From IMG/VR virus record IMGVR_UViG_3300037474_000056, positions 1 to 50,055 of that record: DNA of 50,055 bases, one strand, 5' to 3'. Made by a program: the position numbers and the translations under genes. The notes below the pieces were generated by a model, which had not been told where the DNA came from, made no database searches, and saw only the letters and a list, made by a program, of their open reading frames with translations. Source of the DNA: a virus (taxonomy: Duplodnaviria > Caudoviricetes). Shown here one piece after another: positions 24,894-34,333 of this stretch (positions are counted from its first letter, which is position 1; each line of letters begins with the position of its first letter).

Positions 24894-24923
24894 TGCGCCC
24901 CACCCAATACTGGGTGGGGCGCA
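24894..24923 (+). terminator. Stem-loop after the capsid gene
   Basis: Perfect 13-bp stem TGCGCCCCACCCA/TGGGTGGGGCGCA with a 4-nt loop; weak U tract. Confidence 0.65.
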
Positions 24924-24951
24924 GCAGTCTTCTACCCACCGGGGGCGGCCG

Positions 24952-25509
24952 ATGAGTCCCGATCCGTTCATCACCACGACCGACTTGGTCAACTACATCG
25001 GCCGCGGTGGGACCGCCGACCCCGGCATGGTCATCGCCGTTGACGCCGCCTGCGACATCTGCCGTGACGTCGCCGAGCAATCGTTCAACCAGGCGACCAG
25101 CACGATCACGCTGGACGGGACCGGCACCGACGCGATCCTGCTCCCGGAGCACCCGGTCACCGCCGCCGGCACCGTCAGCGTGAACGGCACCGCCGTCACC
25201 GACTACGTCCTCAACGACAACGGCATCCTGTACCGCCGCGTCGTCGACTGGGACGACTGGACCGGCACCACGCTGACATGGCCGGAGGGCCGCCAGAACG
25301 TCACCGTGACGTTCGATCACGGCTACTCCAGCGCTGACCTGCCGCGGAGTGTCCGGATGGTCGCGTTGGCGATCGCCGCCCGGCTCGTCGTGCAGGGTCC
25401 CGCACTGCAGGAAACCGTCGGTGAGGAGTCAGTCCGGTACGCGGTCGCGAACACGGACCTGACCGCCGGGGAGCTCCGCATCCTCCGCAAGTACCGGAGG
25501 ACCCGCTGA
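24952..25509 (+). CDS. Head-tail connector/adaptor
   Basis: Position after the capsid gene; LDGTG...LPEHPV...VTFDHGY...LP. Confidence 0.8.
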   Translation: MSPDPFITTTDLVNYIGRGGTADPGMVIAVDAACDICRDVAEQSFNQATSTITLDGTGTDAILLPEHPVTAAGTVSVNGTAVTDYVLNDNGILYRRVVDWDDWTGTTLTWPEGRQNVTVTFDHGYSSADLPRSVRMVALAIAARLVVQGPALQETVGEESVRYAVANTDLTAGELRILRKYRRTR

Positions 25510-25886
25510 TGCCATTGGGCACGTTCCTCAACGGCGGCACCGCGACCCAGCTGCGCGGCCTGCTCTGGCTTTCCCTGTCTGACACGGGGCAGGTCGGGAC
25601 GCTCACCTCGGCGTCGGACAGCGGCGGCGGCGCCAGCCAGTCGTGGTCGTACGGCTCGAGCGTGCAGTGCCGGATCGACCCGATCAGCTCAAGCGGCGAC
25701 GACGAAACGATCGTCGCCGGCCGCCTGTCTGACCGTTCCACCCATGTGATCACCGTGCCGGCCGGCACGAACGTCGCGACCAGCAACCGGTTCCTGATCA
25801 CCGGGCGCGGCACGTTCGAAGTGACGGCTGTGCGTGAGCGGACCGCTGAGGCCGCCCGACTTTTCGAGGCCGTCGAGGTCTCCTAA
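25509..25886 (+). CDS. Head closure (stopper) protein
   Basis: Position; SDSGGG...W......CRI...FEVTAV. Confidence 0.7.
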   Translation: MPLGTFLNGGTATQLRGLLWLSLSDTGQVGTLTSASDSGGGASQSWSYGSSVQCRIDPISSSGDDETIVAGRLSDRSTHVITVPAGTNVATSNRFLITGRGTFEVTAVRERTAEAARLFEAVEVS

Positions 25887-25994
25887 CCACCGTAGGGGCG
25901 GGCGGTTCTTGGTGGCTCCGCTCCGCCCCTGCGTCCTTCGTGACGCCCACCCCAGCCAGCCACCAAGTAAGCCACCAAGCGAAGGGAGCGGTCG

Positions 25995-27197
25995 ATGACA
26001 CGACCGAAAATCCTGTGGCACTCCAACGCGCCATGGACGCCGACCGGGTACGGGCAGCAAACCGGCCTTTTCACGCCGCTGCTCAACCAGAAATACGACA
26101 TCGCCATCTCGTCGTTTTGGGGCCTGGAGGGGTCCCGGATCGTCTGGAACGACATGCCCGTCTACCCCGGGATGGGTGGCACGTTCGGCAACGAGAACCT
26201 CGTCGACCACGCCCGCCGGCACTTCGACGGCGACCCGAAGGGCGGGCTTGTCGTCACCCTCATGGACGTGTGGGTCCTCGACCCGCGCATGGCCTCCCAG
26301 ATCAACCTGGCGTGCTGGGTCCCCGTCGACCATGAGCCGGCGCCGCCGCAGGTCTCCCAGTTCTTCATTGAGTCCGGCGCGGTCCCGATCGCCATGTCGA
26401 AGTTCGGGGCGCAGATGCTCGGCCGCCTCGACCCCTTGTACGTGCCGCACGGCATCGACACGGACGCCTACCAGCCGCACGACAAGGCCAAGGTCCGGGA
26501 GCAGGTGGGGGTGCCTCAGGACGCGTTCCTGATCGGCATGGTCGCCGCAAACAAGGGCCGCCCGTCCCGCAAGGGGTTCCAGCAGGCGTTCCAGGCGTTC
26601 AAGAAGTTCTCCGAGACGCACGAGAACGCGTACCTGTACCTGCACACCGTCATCGACGGCGACATCGCGCAGGGGGAGAACATCCCCGGCATCCTCGCCG
26701 CCCTGGACATCCCGAAAGACCGGGTGTTGACGGCGGACCAGTACCGGATGCTGTACGACCCGTACTCGCACGACAGCATGGCCCGCATCTACTCGGCGAT
26801 GGACGTCCTCTTGAACCCGGCGATGGGTGAAGGGTTCGGGATCACGGTGCTGGAGGCGCAGGCGTGCGGCACCCCCGCGATCGTGACGGACTTCAGCGCG
26901 ATGCGCGAAGTGTGCGGCGCGGGCTGGCATGTCGGCTATGACCCGTACTGGACGGGCCAGAACTCGTGGATGGCGATGCCGTCCATCGCGGATATCGCGA
27001 GCGCCCTGGAGGAGTGCTACCAGCTGCCGAAGCACAAGCGGGAGCGGCTCTCGCAGGGCGCCAGGCAGCATGCGGTGCAGTACGACCTGCGCCGGGTCGC
27101 GCAGCAGCATTTCCTTCCGGCGTTGCGGGTCGCTGAGCAGCGGTTCGCGAACCAGCAGCCGGTCTCGATCGCCCCGCGGCTCAAGGCGGCGGCATGA
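25995..27197 (+). CDS. Glycosyltransferase, GT4-like (GT-B)
   Basis: TGYGQQ, PHGID, RKG, YSAMDVLL....EGFGITVLEAQACGTP. Confidence 0.92.
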   Translation: MTRPKILWHSNAPWTPTGYGQQTGLFTPLLNQKYDIAISSFWGLEGSRIVWNDMPVYPGMGGTFGNENLVDHARRHFDGDPKGGLVVTLMDVWVLDPRMASQINLACWVPVDHEPAPPQVSQFFIESGAVPIAMSKFGAQMLGRLDPLYVPHGIDTDAYQPHDKAKVREQVGVPQDAFLIGMVAANKGRPSRKGFQQAFQAFKKFSETHENAYLYLHTVIDGDIAQGENIPGILAALDIPKDRVLTADQYRMLYDPYSHDSMARIYSAMDVLLNPAMGEGFGITVLEAQACGTPAIVTDFSAMREVCGAGWHVGYDPYWTGQNSWMAMPSIADIASALEECYQLPKHKRERLSQGARQHAVQYDLRRVAQQHFLPALRVAEQRFANQQPVSIAPRLKAAA

Positions 27198-27394
27198 GAG
27201 TCACATGGGAGGCGCGAATCACCCGGAACGGGTCGTGGCCGACTCCGTGGCGCTGGGAGGTTTGGCGTAAGCAGCACGACCCGATCGACGTGAAGCTTCG
27301 CACCGGTTACGCGGTCAGTAAGGACCGCGCTCGCCGTAAGGCACTCAGGGCGAAACTGTCGATGGAGCGCGACGATGTGCAGGTGACGCTATGA
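27194..27394 (+). CDS. Small basic hypothetical protein
   Basis: ATGA-coupled on both sides. Confidence 0.6.
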   Translation: MRVTWEARITRNGSWPTPWRWEVWRKQHDPIDVKLRTGYAVSKDRARRKALRAKLSMERDDVQVTL

Positions 27395-28149
27395 GGGTTG
27401 GTTGGCTCGCAGACCACTCTGACGTTGCCGGCGGCGCCGAATACACGCAGGCCGAGTTCCGCAACGCCGCCCCCGACACCGTCGAGATCGTCGACTGCCG
27501 CCCCGGCGCCGTCGTCAAGAACCTCGACGTCTACGTCATCCACAACAACGTCCAGTACGAGCTCAAAGACCTCGAGCGGATCGGGGACCGGCCGTGCATC
27601 CGGTACTGGCATGACGTCGGCCCGCACCTCCAAGAGGGGTGCCGCGAGTGGCTCGACCAGCATGCGACCGCGGTGTGCTGCTCCCCGATCCAAGCGGAGT
27701 ACATGGGCCTAGAAGCCATCCTCATCCCGCCGCCAGTCGACCTGACACGGTTCGAGGAGGCCAGCGCGAAGGTCAACGGCAGCCGCGACGGTGTCGTGAG
27801 CGTCGGGTCGTGGCGGAACTACGGGAAGGCCGCTCACAAGGTCGGGCAGTGGGCCGCTTCGCAGGGCCTCTCGGTGGACTTCTATGGCGGCGGCATGTTC
27901 GCCCCCGTCGGGTCCGAGGAGGTCGAGTACGACCTGATGCCGGACCTGCTCGCCAAGTACGAGACGTTCGTGTTCCTGCCGATGGTGATCGAGCCGTTCG
28001 GGCGGCTCGTCGCGGAAGCGCACGCCGCCGGCTGCCACGTCATCACGAACAACCTCGTCGGCGCCCGGTACTGGCTGGAGGAGAACCCGGACGCGATCAC
28101 CACCGCGCCCCGGGACTTCTGGGCGCTCGTGCAGGAGGCCGCGAAGTGA
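27391..28149 (+). CDS. Compact GT4-like glycosyltransferase
   Basis: GGAE N-terminal motif; FVFLP...EPFGRLVAEAHAAGC. Confidence 0.85.
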   Translation: MRVGWLADHSDVAGGAEYTQAEFRNAAPDTVEIVDCRPGAVVKNLDVYVIHNNVQYELKDLERIGDRPCIRYWHDVGPHLQEGCREWLDQHATAVCCSPIQAEYMGLEAILIPPPVDLTRFEEASAKVNGSRDGVVSVGSWRNYGKAAHKVGQWAASQGLSVDFYGGGMFAPVGSEEVEYDLMPDLLAKYETFVFLPMVIEPFGRLVAEAHAAGCHVITNNLVGARYWLEENPDAITTAPRDFWALVQEAAK

Positions 28150-29129
28150 GCCGGCACCTCGTTACTGGCGGCGCCGGGTTCATCGGCGCCGCGCTCGTCC
28201 TCCGCCTCATCAACGAGGGTCATGAGGTGACGGTGCTGGACCGGTTCAGCCGCGGCAAGCACAACCGGCTCCCGCACGGGGTCCGGACCTTGCACTGCGA
28301 CATCCGGCACGCTGAGCCCGTCCACGACGCCGTCAAGGACGCCGACGTCATCTGGCATCTCGCATACGTGCAGGGAACCCAGACGTTCTACGCCGACCCC
28401 AAGGACGTCATCGACGTCGCGCTGCACGGCATCGTGAACCTGCTCGCCGGGGTGGAGAAGGCCGGGCAGAACCCGGACCTGATCCTTGTCTCGACGTCGG
28501 AGGTGTACCAGAACCCCCCGGAAGGGATGTTCCCCACCGACGAGACGGTGCCGCTGTCGGTGCCGGACGTCACGAACCCCCGGTACTCATATGGGGGCGG
28601 GAAGATCGCGCAGGAGATCGCGACGCTCGCGTACTCCAAAGCCGGGGTGCTCGGCCGCGCCGTGATCGTCCGCCCGCACAACATCTATGGGCCGGACATG
28701 GGGTACGAGCACGTGATCCCGGAGTTCGCGGTCCGGATGCTCGGTTTGCCGTCCTACCAGCAGAAGCCGGGGCTGCAGCAGTTCCACATTCAGGGGACCG
28801 GCCTTGAGACGCGGAGCTTCTGCCACATCACCGACTGTGTCGACGGGCTCATGGTCGCGCTCGAGCGGGGTGAGGACCGCAACGTGTATCACCTCGGCAA
28901 CCCTGGGGAGGAGCACACGATCCGGCATCTCGCCCGGCTGGTTGCGCAGCACTACCAGCGCAAGATCACGGTGATCCCGGGGACGCTGCCGAAGGGTTCC
29001 CCGACCCGGCGGCTGCCGGACATCTCCAAGCTGCGGGCGCTGGGGTTCGAGCCGAAGGTCGGCCTCCGTGACGGCCTCGCCGGCACGTTGGACTGGTATG
29101 ACCGCGACCAGCTGGAGGTGGCGGCATGA
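28146..29129 (+). CDS. NAD-dependent nucleotide-sugar epimerase/decarboxylase (extended SDR)
   Basis: TGGAGFIG, STSEVY, YGGGK (YxxxK), RPHNIYGP, ETRSFCHI. Confidence 0.92.
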   Translation: MSRHLVTGGAGFIGAALVLRLINEGHEVTVLDRFSRGKHNRLPHGVRTLHCDIRHAEPVHDAVKDADVIWHLAYVQGTQTFYADPKDVIDVALHGIVNLLAGVEKAGQNPDLILVSTSEVYQNPPEGMFPTDETVPLSVPDVTNPRYSYGGGKIAQEIATLAYSKAGVLGRAVIVRPHNIYGPDMGYEHVIPEFAVRMLGLPSYQQKPGLQQFHIQGTGLETRSFCHITDCVDGLMVALERGEDRNVYHLGNPGEEHTIRHLARLVAQHYQRKITVIPGTLPKGSPTRRLPDISKLRALGFEPKVGLRDGLAGTLDWYDRDQLEVAA

Positions 29130-30295
29130 GCGCCCGCCCCGTCATCCGGTGCCAGTCCTGCGGCAGCTACGGCCTCGAGCTTGTCCTGTCGTTGGGGTCG
29201 AGCCCGCCGACGTGCGCGATGGCGCACGTCGGGTCCCGGCCAGCCATGGAGCCGCATCACCCGCTCGATCTGCTCAGGTGCCCGAAGTGCACGCTGGTGC
29301 AGCTGTCGGTGGTGGTGGACCCGGAGGACGTGTTCCCCCCGGATTACCCGTACAGCTCTGGGAACTCGAGGGCGTTGCACGCGGACTTCGAGGATCTCGC
29401 AGCGGAGGTCACGGGCATGGTCGGCGGTCTCGACCCTTTCGACGTGGTCGTGGATATCGGCGCGAACGACGGGACCTTGCTGAGCAAGTTCGAGGAGTGC
29501 CGCACCGTCGGAGTTGAGCCGACGCGGCAGGTCGGGAAGATCCGAGGCGCCAGGTTCGAGCGGTTCTTTAGCGAGGAAGTCGCCCGGGAGATCGTCGACC
29601 GGCACGGACGCGCGAAGGTGGTCACCGCGTGCAATGTGATGGCGCACGTTTCCGACGTCGCGGACGTCATGCGCGGCATCGGGCACCTGCTGGCGGACGA
29701 TGGCGTGTTCGTCGCTGAGAACCATGACCTGCGGTCCGTGCTCGACGGGCAGTGGGACACGGTCTACCACGAGCATCTGCGGTTCTACAGCCCGGGCAGC
29801 TTCAATGCGCTGCTGGAGGAGCATGGGTTCGGCGCGGTGACGTGGCGCAAGATTCCGACGCACGGCGGCTCGTTCCGCATGTTCGCGGTGAAGCGTCCGA
29901 CGGGCGTGAAGCCGGCCGATCCGGACTACGACTTCGACCGGCTCGGCGGGTGGGCGGCTGATGCCCGCCGCAATCTGCGCGCGAACCTGGGGGACCTTGC
30001 CCGGCCGGCGTGGGGGATCGGCGCAACCGCCCGCGCGACCACGATCATCAACTACTGCGGCCTCGACGTCGAAGACATCGAGTGCGTCTGCGAGGTCCCC
30101 GGCTCAGACAAGATCGGCCGGTACGTCCCCGGCACGCGCATCCCCATCGTGGACGAGACCCGCCTGTTCGAGGAGCAGCCCTCCCATGCGGTGCTGTTCT
30201 CCTGGCACTTGGCGGACGTGATCGTCCCGAAGCTCCGGGAGCGCGGCTACACCGGGGAGATCATCGTGCCCCTCCCGACCCTGGAGACGGCATGA
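29126..30295 (+). CDS. NDP-sugar 3-C-methyltransferase (TcaB9/EryBIII/NovU-like)
   Basis: CQSC...CPKCTLVQL Zn site, DIGANDG, NVMAHV, YHEH, HGGS, C-terminal IGATARA.T..NY...GT.IPI. Confidence 0.92.
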   Translation: MSARPVIRCQSCGSYGLELVLSLGSSPPTCAMAHVGSRPAMEPHHPLDLLRCPKCTLVQLSVVVDPEDVFPPDYPYSSGNSRALHADFEDLAAEVTGMVGGLDPFDVVVDIGANDGTLLSKFEECRTVGVEPTRQVGKIRGARFERFFSEEVAREIVDRHGRAKVVTACNVMAHVSDVADVMRGIGHLLADDGVFVAENHDLRSVLDGQWDTVYHEHLRFYSPGSFNALLEEHGFGAVTWRKIPTHGGSFRMFAVKRPTGVKPADPDYDFDRLGGWAADARRNLRANLGDLARPAWGIGATARATTIINYCGLDVEDIECVCEVPGSDKIGRYVPGTRIPIVDETRLFEEQPSHAVLFSWHLADVIVPKLRERGYTGEIIVPLPTLETA

Positions 30296-30636
30296 GCGGA
30301 CGGTTCGAAGACCACCGCGGGATCATCCAGGACTGGTTCAACGGCCAGCCCATCGACGCCGTCGCCTACATCACCACCAACAAGGGGCATGTGCGCGGCA
30401 ACCACGTCCACCACCACACCGCCCAATGGACCCTCGTCCTGTCCGGCCGGCTGCTGATGGCGTCCGGCGATGAACGGCATGAGGTCGGGCCGCTCGAGCT
30501 GACGACGCACCCGCCCGGTGTGCCGCACGCCTGGAAAGCCCTTGAGGACACCGCCTGCTTGGTGTTCACGCGCGGGCCGAGGGCGGGGGAGCAGTACGAA
30601 TCGGACACGGTCCGGCTTGAGGAGCCGCTGCTATGA
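30292..30636 (+). CDS. Cupin, NDP-4-keto-sugar epimerase/isomerase-like
   Basis: FEDHRG, VRGNHVH, PPGVPHA. Confidence 0.8.
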   Translation: MSGRFEDHRGIIQDWFNGQPIDAVAYITTNKGHVRGNHVHHHTAQWTLVLSGRLLMASGDERHEVGPLELTTHPPGVPHAWKALEDTACLVFTRGPRAGEQYESDTVRLEEPLL

Positions 30637-31418
30637 GGGTCGGAATCATCGGGCTCGGCGTGATCGGCTCCGCGCAGGCGGACATGTTCCGCGAGTACGA
30701 GCAGGTCGCCTACGACCCCGCCCACCACGACACCTACCCGCACCAGGAACTCGCCGCGTGCGACTTCGTCATCGTGTGCGTCGGCACCCCCGAAGGACCG
30801 GACGGGCACGCCAACCTCTCCTACGTCGAACACGCCGCCGCGCAACTCCCCGACGGGGTCCCGGTCGTCATCCGCTCCACCGTCCCGCCCGGCACCACGG
30901 ACCGGCTCTTCGCCGACACCGGCCGGCTGTACGCGCACGCCCCCGAGTTCATGGGCGAGAACGTCCAGCACTCCTGGCAACGCCCGGTGGATGTGCCGTA
31001 CATGATCATCGGTGGCACCCCGGAAGCCACCCGGTTCTTCCACGAGCGGTTCCGGCCCGTGTTCCCCGGCCAGATTCGCGAATGCACGTCAGCGGTCGAG
31101 TCCGAGCTCGCGAAGTACACCGCGAACCTGTACTGGGCGACCCGGGTGACGTTCGTGAACGAGATCGCGAAGATCTGCGAGCAGTTCGGCGCCGACTACG
31201 AGAACGTCCGGGCCGCGTGGCTGTCAGATCCGCGGATGACGAGCGTGTACACCAAGCGCGCCGGCTACCCGCCGGGGTTCGACGGCCGGTGCTGGCCGAA
31301 GGACATCGCCGCCCTGACTGCCGCGTCGGCCGACGCCGGGTACGACGCCGGGTTCCTCCGGGCGATCATCGAGGCGAACCACCGGTTCCGGTCGGAGCGG
31401 CTCAGGGAGGCGGCGTGA
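30633..31418 (+). CDS. UDP-glucose/GDP-mannose dehydrogenase family, short form
   Basis: GLGVIG, CVGTP, RSTVPPGT, PEF, AKYTAN, GFDGRCWPKD; C-terminal domain absent. Confidence 0.88.
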   Translation: MRVGIIGLGVIGSAQADMFREYEQVAYDPAHHDTYPHQELAACDFVIVCVGTPEGPDGHANLSYVEHAAAQLPDGVPVVIRSTVPPGTTDRLFADTGRLYAHAPEFMGENVQHSWQRPVDVPYMIIGGTPEATRFFHERFRPVFPGQIRECTSAVESELAKYTANLYWATRVTFVNEIAKICEQFGADYENVRAAWLSDPRMTSVYTKRAGYPPGFDGRCWPKDIAALTAASADAGYDAGFLRAIIEANHRFRSERLREAA

Positions 31419-32050
31419 CCCCTTCCTGGGACCTGCTCATCTGCAGCATCTGGCACCGCACCGACATGCTCGCCGAGCTGCTCGGCGAACTGGAGCGGCA
31501 GTACCAGCCCGGGCTGGGGGTGCGGGTGTGCCGCGACAACCTCGGGATGACGTACGGCGACAAATGCCAGCTACTGCTCGAATCGTCGACCGCTGATTAC
31601 GTGTCGTTCCTTGACGATGACGACTGGGTCGAGCCGGACTTCGTCGGCACGATCATGGCCGCACTGGACAAGCAGCCGGACTACGTCGGGTTCAAGGTCA
31701 AGTACACGGTCAACGGTGAGCCGCAGATCCCCGTCTACCACACGCTCAGGTACGGCGGCTGGGTGAACAACCCGGAAGCCCTGTACCGCGACATCGTCCA
31801 CTTCAACCCGATCCGCCGGGATCTCGCCCTGCAGGGCCGGTGGGAGGGCGGCGACGGCGCTGACCGACGGTGGGCTGACCAACTCCGCGCCAAAGGTTGC
31901 GTCCGCAACGAAGTGTTCATTGACCGGGAACTGCACCTCTACCGATTCCGGTCCCACGACACGTTCACGCTTAGCAGCGTCCAGGCCCCATTGGAGCAGG
32001 AACCGCCCGCCCCGAAGATCGAGCACGAGTTCCTGACGTGGGTGAGCTAG
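31415..32050 (+). CDS. Glycosyltransferase, GT-A/GT2-like
   Basis: YVSFLDDDDWV (DxD motif). Confidence 0.85.
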   Translation: MTPSWDLLICSIWHRTDMLAELLGELERQYQPGLGVRVCRDNLGMTYGDKCQLLLESSTADYVSFLDDDDWVEPDFVGTIMAALDKQPDYVGFKVKYTVNGEPQIPVYHTLRYGGWVNNPEALYRDIVHFNPIRRDLALQGRWEGGDGADRRWADQLRAKGCVRNEVFIDRELHLYRFRSHDTFTLSSVQAPLEQEPPAPKIEHEFLTWVS

Positions 32051-32781
32051 CCGTCATCGTCCCGTCCCGCGGCAGGCCGCAGAACATCGCCCGGCTGCAT
32101 GAGGCGATGAACCGGACGTGCCGCGGCCAGACAGACCTGATCGTCGGAGTCGACGACGACGACCCGCACCTCGACGACTACCGGACGTTCACCGGCGGCA
32201 CCGTCGTCATCCGCCCCGGCCTGAAGGGACGGCTGGTGCAGTGGCTCAACGAGCTCGCGGTCCCGAAGGCCAGGACGCACCGGTTCGTCGGGCATATCGG
32301 CGACGACAACGTTCCGCACACCGTCGGCTGGGACGTCCGGATCATGGAATCCCTGGAGCGGAACCTGTTCTGCTTCGGCGACGACCTCGACCCCGGCCGG
32401 CCCGCCGGCAGCCTGAGCATTCACGTGTTCATGCAGTCGGAGGTGATCAAGCGGCTCGGGTACATGGGGCCACCGTCGATCCGGCACATGTACGTCGACC
32501 CGGTCTGGTTCGCGTGGGGGAACGCAACGTCGATCGAGTTCCTCCCGGATGTCGTGATCGAGCACCTGCACTACACGATCAGCGGCAAAGCCCTGGAGGA
32601 CGAGTCCTACCGTGCCTCAACGGGGTTGATCCCGACCGACTGCGCGAACTACAACCAGTATTGCGACGACCCGTGCGGGCTGAACGCCGACATTCTCAAG
32701 CTCGGCGGTACCCCGTACACGCCGGAAGCGCTGGCCGCGTTCAACCAGCGGCTCAACATCCCGAAACGGTGGCCCGGATGA
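32038..32781 (+). CDS. Glycosyltransferase, GT-A/GT2-like
   Basis: VIVPSRGRP, VDDDD, IGDD, HMYVD, IEHLH. Confidence 0.82.
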   Translation: MGELAVIVPSRGRPQNIARLHEAMNRTCRGQTDLIVGVDDDDPHLDDYRTFTGGTVVIRPGLKGRLVQWLNELAVPKARTHRFVGHIGDDNVPHTVGWDVRIMESLERNLFCFGDDLDPGRPAGSLSIHVFMQSEVIKRLGYMGPPSIRHMYVDPVWFAWGNATSIEFLPDVVIEHLHYTISGKALEDESYRASTGLIPTDCANYNQYCDDPCGLNADILKLGGTPYTPEALAAFNQRLNIPKRWPG

Positions 32782-33455
32782 CCGTCTCGATCCTGCTCGC
32801 CACAACCGGCCGGCCAGACATGGTCGAGCACTTCACCCGCAGCCTCATCGACACCACGCAGGATCACCAGATCGAACTGGTCGTCGCCGTGGACGCCGAC
32901 GAGGAAACCGTCCGCCGCGTCGCCACCGTCGTGAACGACACGCATGTCGAACTGGTCGTGGACTACAGCGACGAGTACCGCGGCTCCAGCCGCGCATGGA
33001 ACGACGCCCTCGCATCCAGCAGCGGGGAGATGGTGGTGCTCGCCGCCGACGACCTCGAATTCCAGGCCGGATGGCTGGACGCTGCCCTTGAGACGATGGC
33101 TCAGCATCCGGACGGGTGGGGGTTCGTCGGATTCAACGACGGGCACTGGCGCGACGAGCTCTCCACCCACTACCTGATGAGCCGCCGGTTCGTCCGGGAA
33201 GTGCTCGGCGGCGTGGTGGCTTGGGAGGCGTACCGGCACAGCTTCAACGACCGGGAAGCCAACGCCCGCGCCCGCATCGCCGGCCGGTACGCGTGGTGCG
33301 AAAACGCACGGGTGCTGCACAGGCACTGGATCTTCGGTGACCGCCCCCAAGACGAAACAGACACGAGACTGCTCGCGCTGCACGGCGAGTCCCAACGGGC
33401 GTATGACGAAAGGGAAGCCGCAGGCTTCCCCGACGAGCAGAAGGCGGTGATCTGA
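32778..33455 (+). CDS. Glycosyltransferase, GT-A/GT2-like
   Basis: SILLATTGRP, WN, AADDLEF, HSFND.E, HRH. Confidence 0.82.
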   Translation: MTVSILLATTGRPDMVEHFTRSLIDTTQDHQIELVVAVDADEETVRRVATVVNDTHVELVVDYSDEYRGSSRAWNDALASSSGEMVVLAADDLEFQAGWLDAALETMAQHPDGWGFVGFNDGHWRDELSTHYLMSRRFVREVLGGVVAWEAYRHSFNDREANARARIAGRYAWCENARVLHRHWIFGDRPQDETDTRLLALHGESQRAYDEREAAGFPDEQKAVI

Positions 33456-33793
33456 TGGGCGCAACCCTCAAGACCAGGCTGCCAGAGATCGCCGCCGAAC
33501 TCCGCCCCAAGGTCAGCGCCGCGGTGAAGCACTCCGCGCAAGTCGTAGCCGAGGACGCTGAGGCCCGGGTGCCGGTCGGACCGCCGACCGTGCATCTCAA
33601 AGACCGCATTCACGTTGAGCGCAAAGGCCCCGCCGAGTACGCCGTGATCGCCGGTGACGAGGAAGCGTTCTACGGGCACATGGTCGAGTTCGGCACGTCC
33701 CACAGCGCCCCACGTCCGTTCCTGCTCCCGGCGCTCGAGGCGAGACAGGACTACGCGGTGTACACCGTACGTCAGGCGCTGATGGACCTATGA
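33455..33793 (+). CDS. HK97 gp10-like tail completion protein
   Basis: RVPV...HLKDRI...FYGHMVEFGT....PRPFLLPA. Confidence 0.85.
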   Translation: MGATLKTRLPEIAAELRPKVSAAVKHSAQVVAEDAEARVPVGPPTVHLKDRIHVERKGPAEYAVIAGDEEAFYGHMVEFGTSHSAPRPFLLPALEARQDYAVYTVRQALMDL

Positions 33794-34215
33794 GCACCGC
33801 CATCAGGAGAGCGATCTACGGCCGGTTGGCCGGGGACACCACGCTGAACAACCTGCTCGGCACCCCCGCCCCGAACTACGCCAAGAGCATCTACCACCAG
33901 CAGGCACCGGACGGCGCCAACTACCCCATGGTCGTGTTCAACAAGCAAACCGGGGCACCCACGGAAGCGTTCGGGGACCCGTCCGCGTACGAGACCGACA
34001 CGTGGCTGATCAAGGCCGTTGACCGCAACACCAGCGCTGACACGGCGGAGGCGATCCAGGCCCGCCTGGACGCGCTGCTGTCAGACGGCACCCTTTCGAT
34101 CTCCGGCGCGTCGCTGATGTACCTGCGACGCCAGTCAGACATCGAATACGCCGAAACGACTGACGGCGTCCGCTACCAGCACGCCGGCAGCCTGTACCGA
34201 CTCTTGTCCCAGTAA
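33790..34215 (+). CDS. Tail terminator (DUF3168-like)
   Basis: AIYGRL..D..L...APDGANYP.VVF; lies before the tail tube gene. Confidence 0.8.
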   Translation: MSTAIRRAIYGRLAGDTTLNNLLGTPAPNYAKSIYHQQAPDGANYPMVVFNKQTGAPTEAFGDPSAYETDTWLIKAVDRNTSADTAEAIQARLDALLSDGTLSISGASLMYLRRQSDIEYAETTDGVRYQHAGSLYRLLSQ

Positions 34216-34333
34216 CGCTGCACCCAAGCCACCTACCGGGTTAGCGCCGCCCTGGCGGTCAGCCCAGCACTCTCCCGCACCGCAATCCCGCGGCGGGATC
34301 ACAGCAACACGACCCGTTAGGGGGAATGCCGCA

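Noticed and set aside
18999-25320. Long minus-strand ORFs (e.g. 18999..20846, 20551..22716, 23521..25320)
   Set aside because: They are antisense shadows of GC-rich genes, with no recognisable motifs.
25995-33455. Cluster as a DNA hypermodification system
   Set aside because: No base-hydroxylating or hydroxymethylating enzyme or DNA polymerase is seen, and the cluster lies in the late structural operon. Disfavoured, not excluded.
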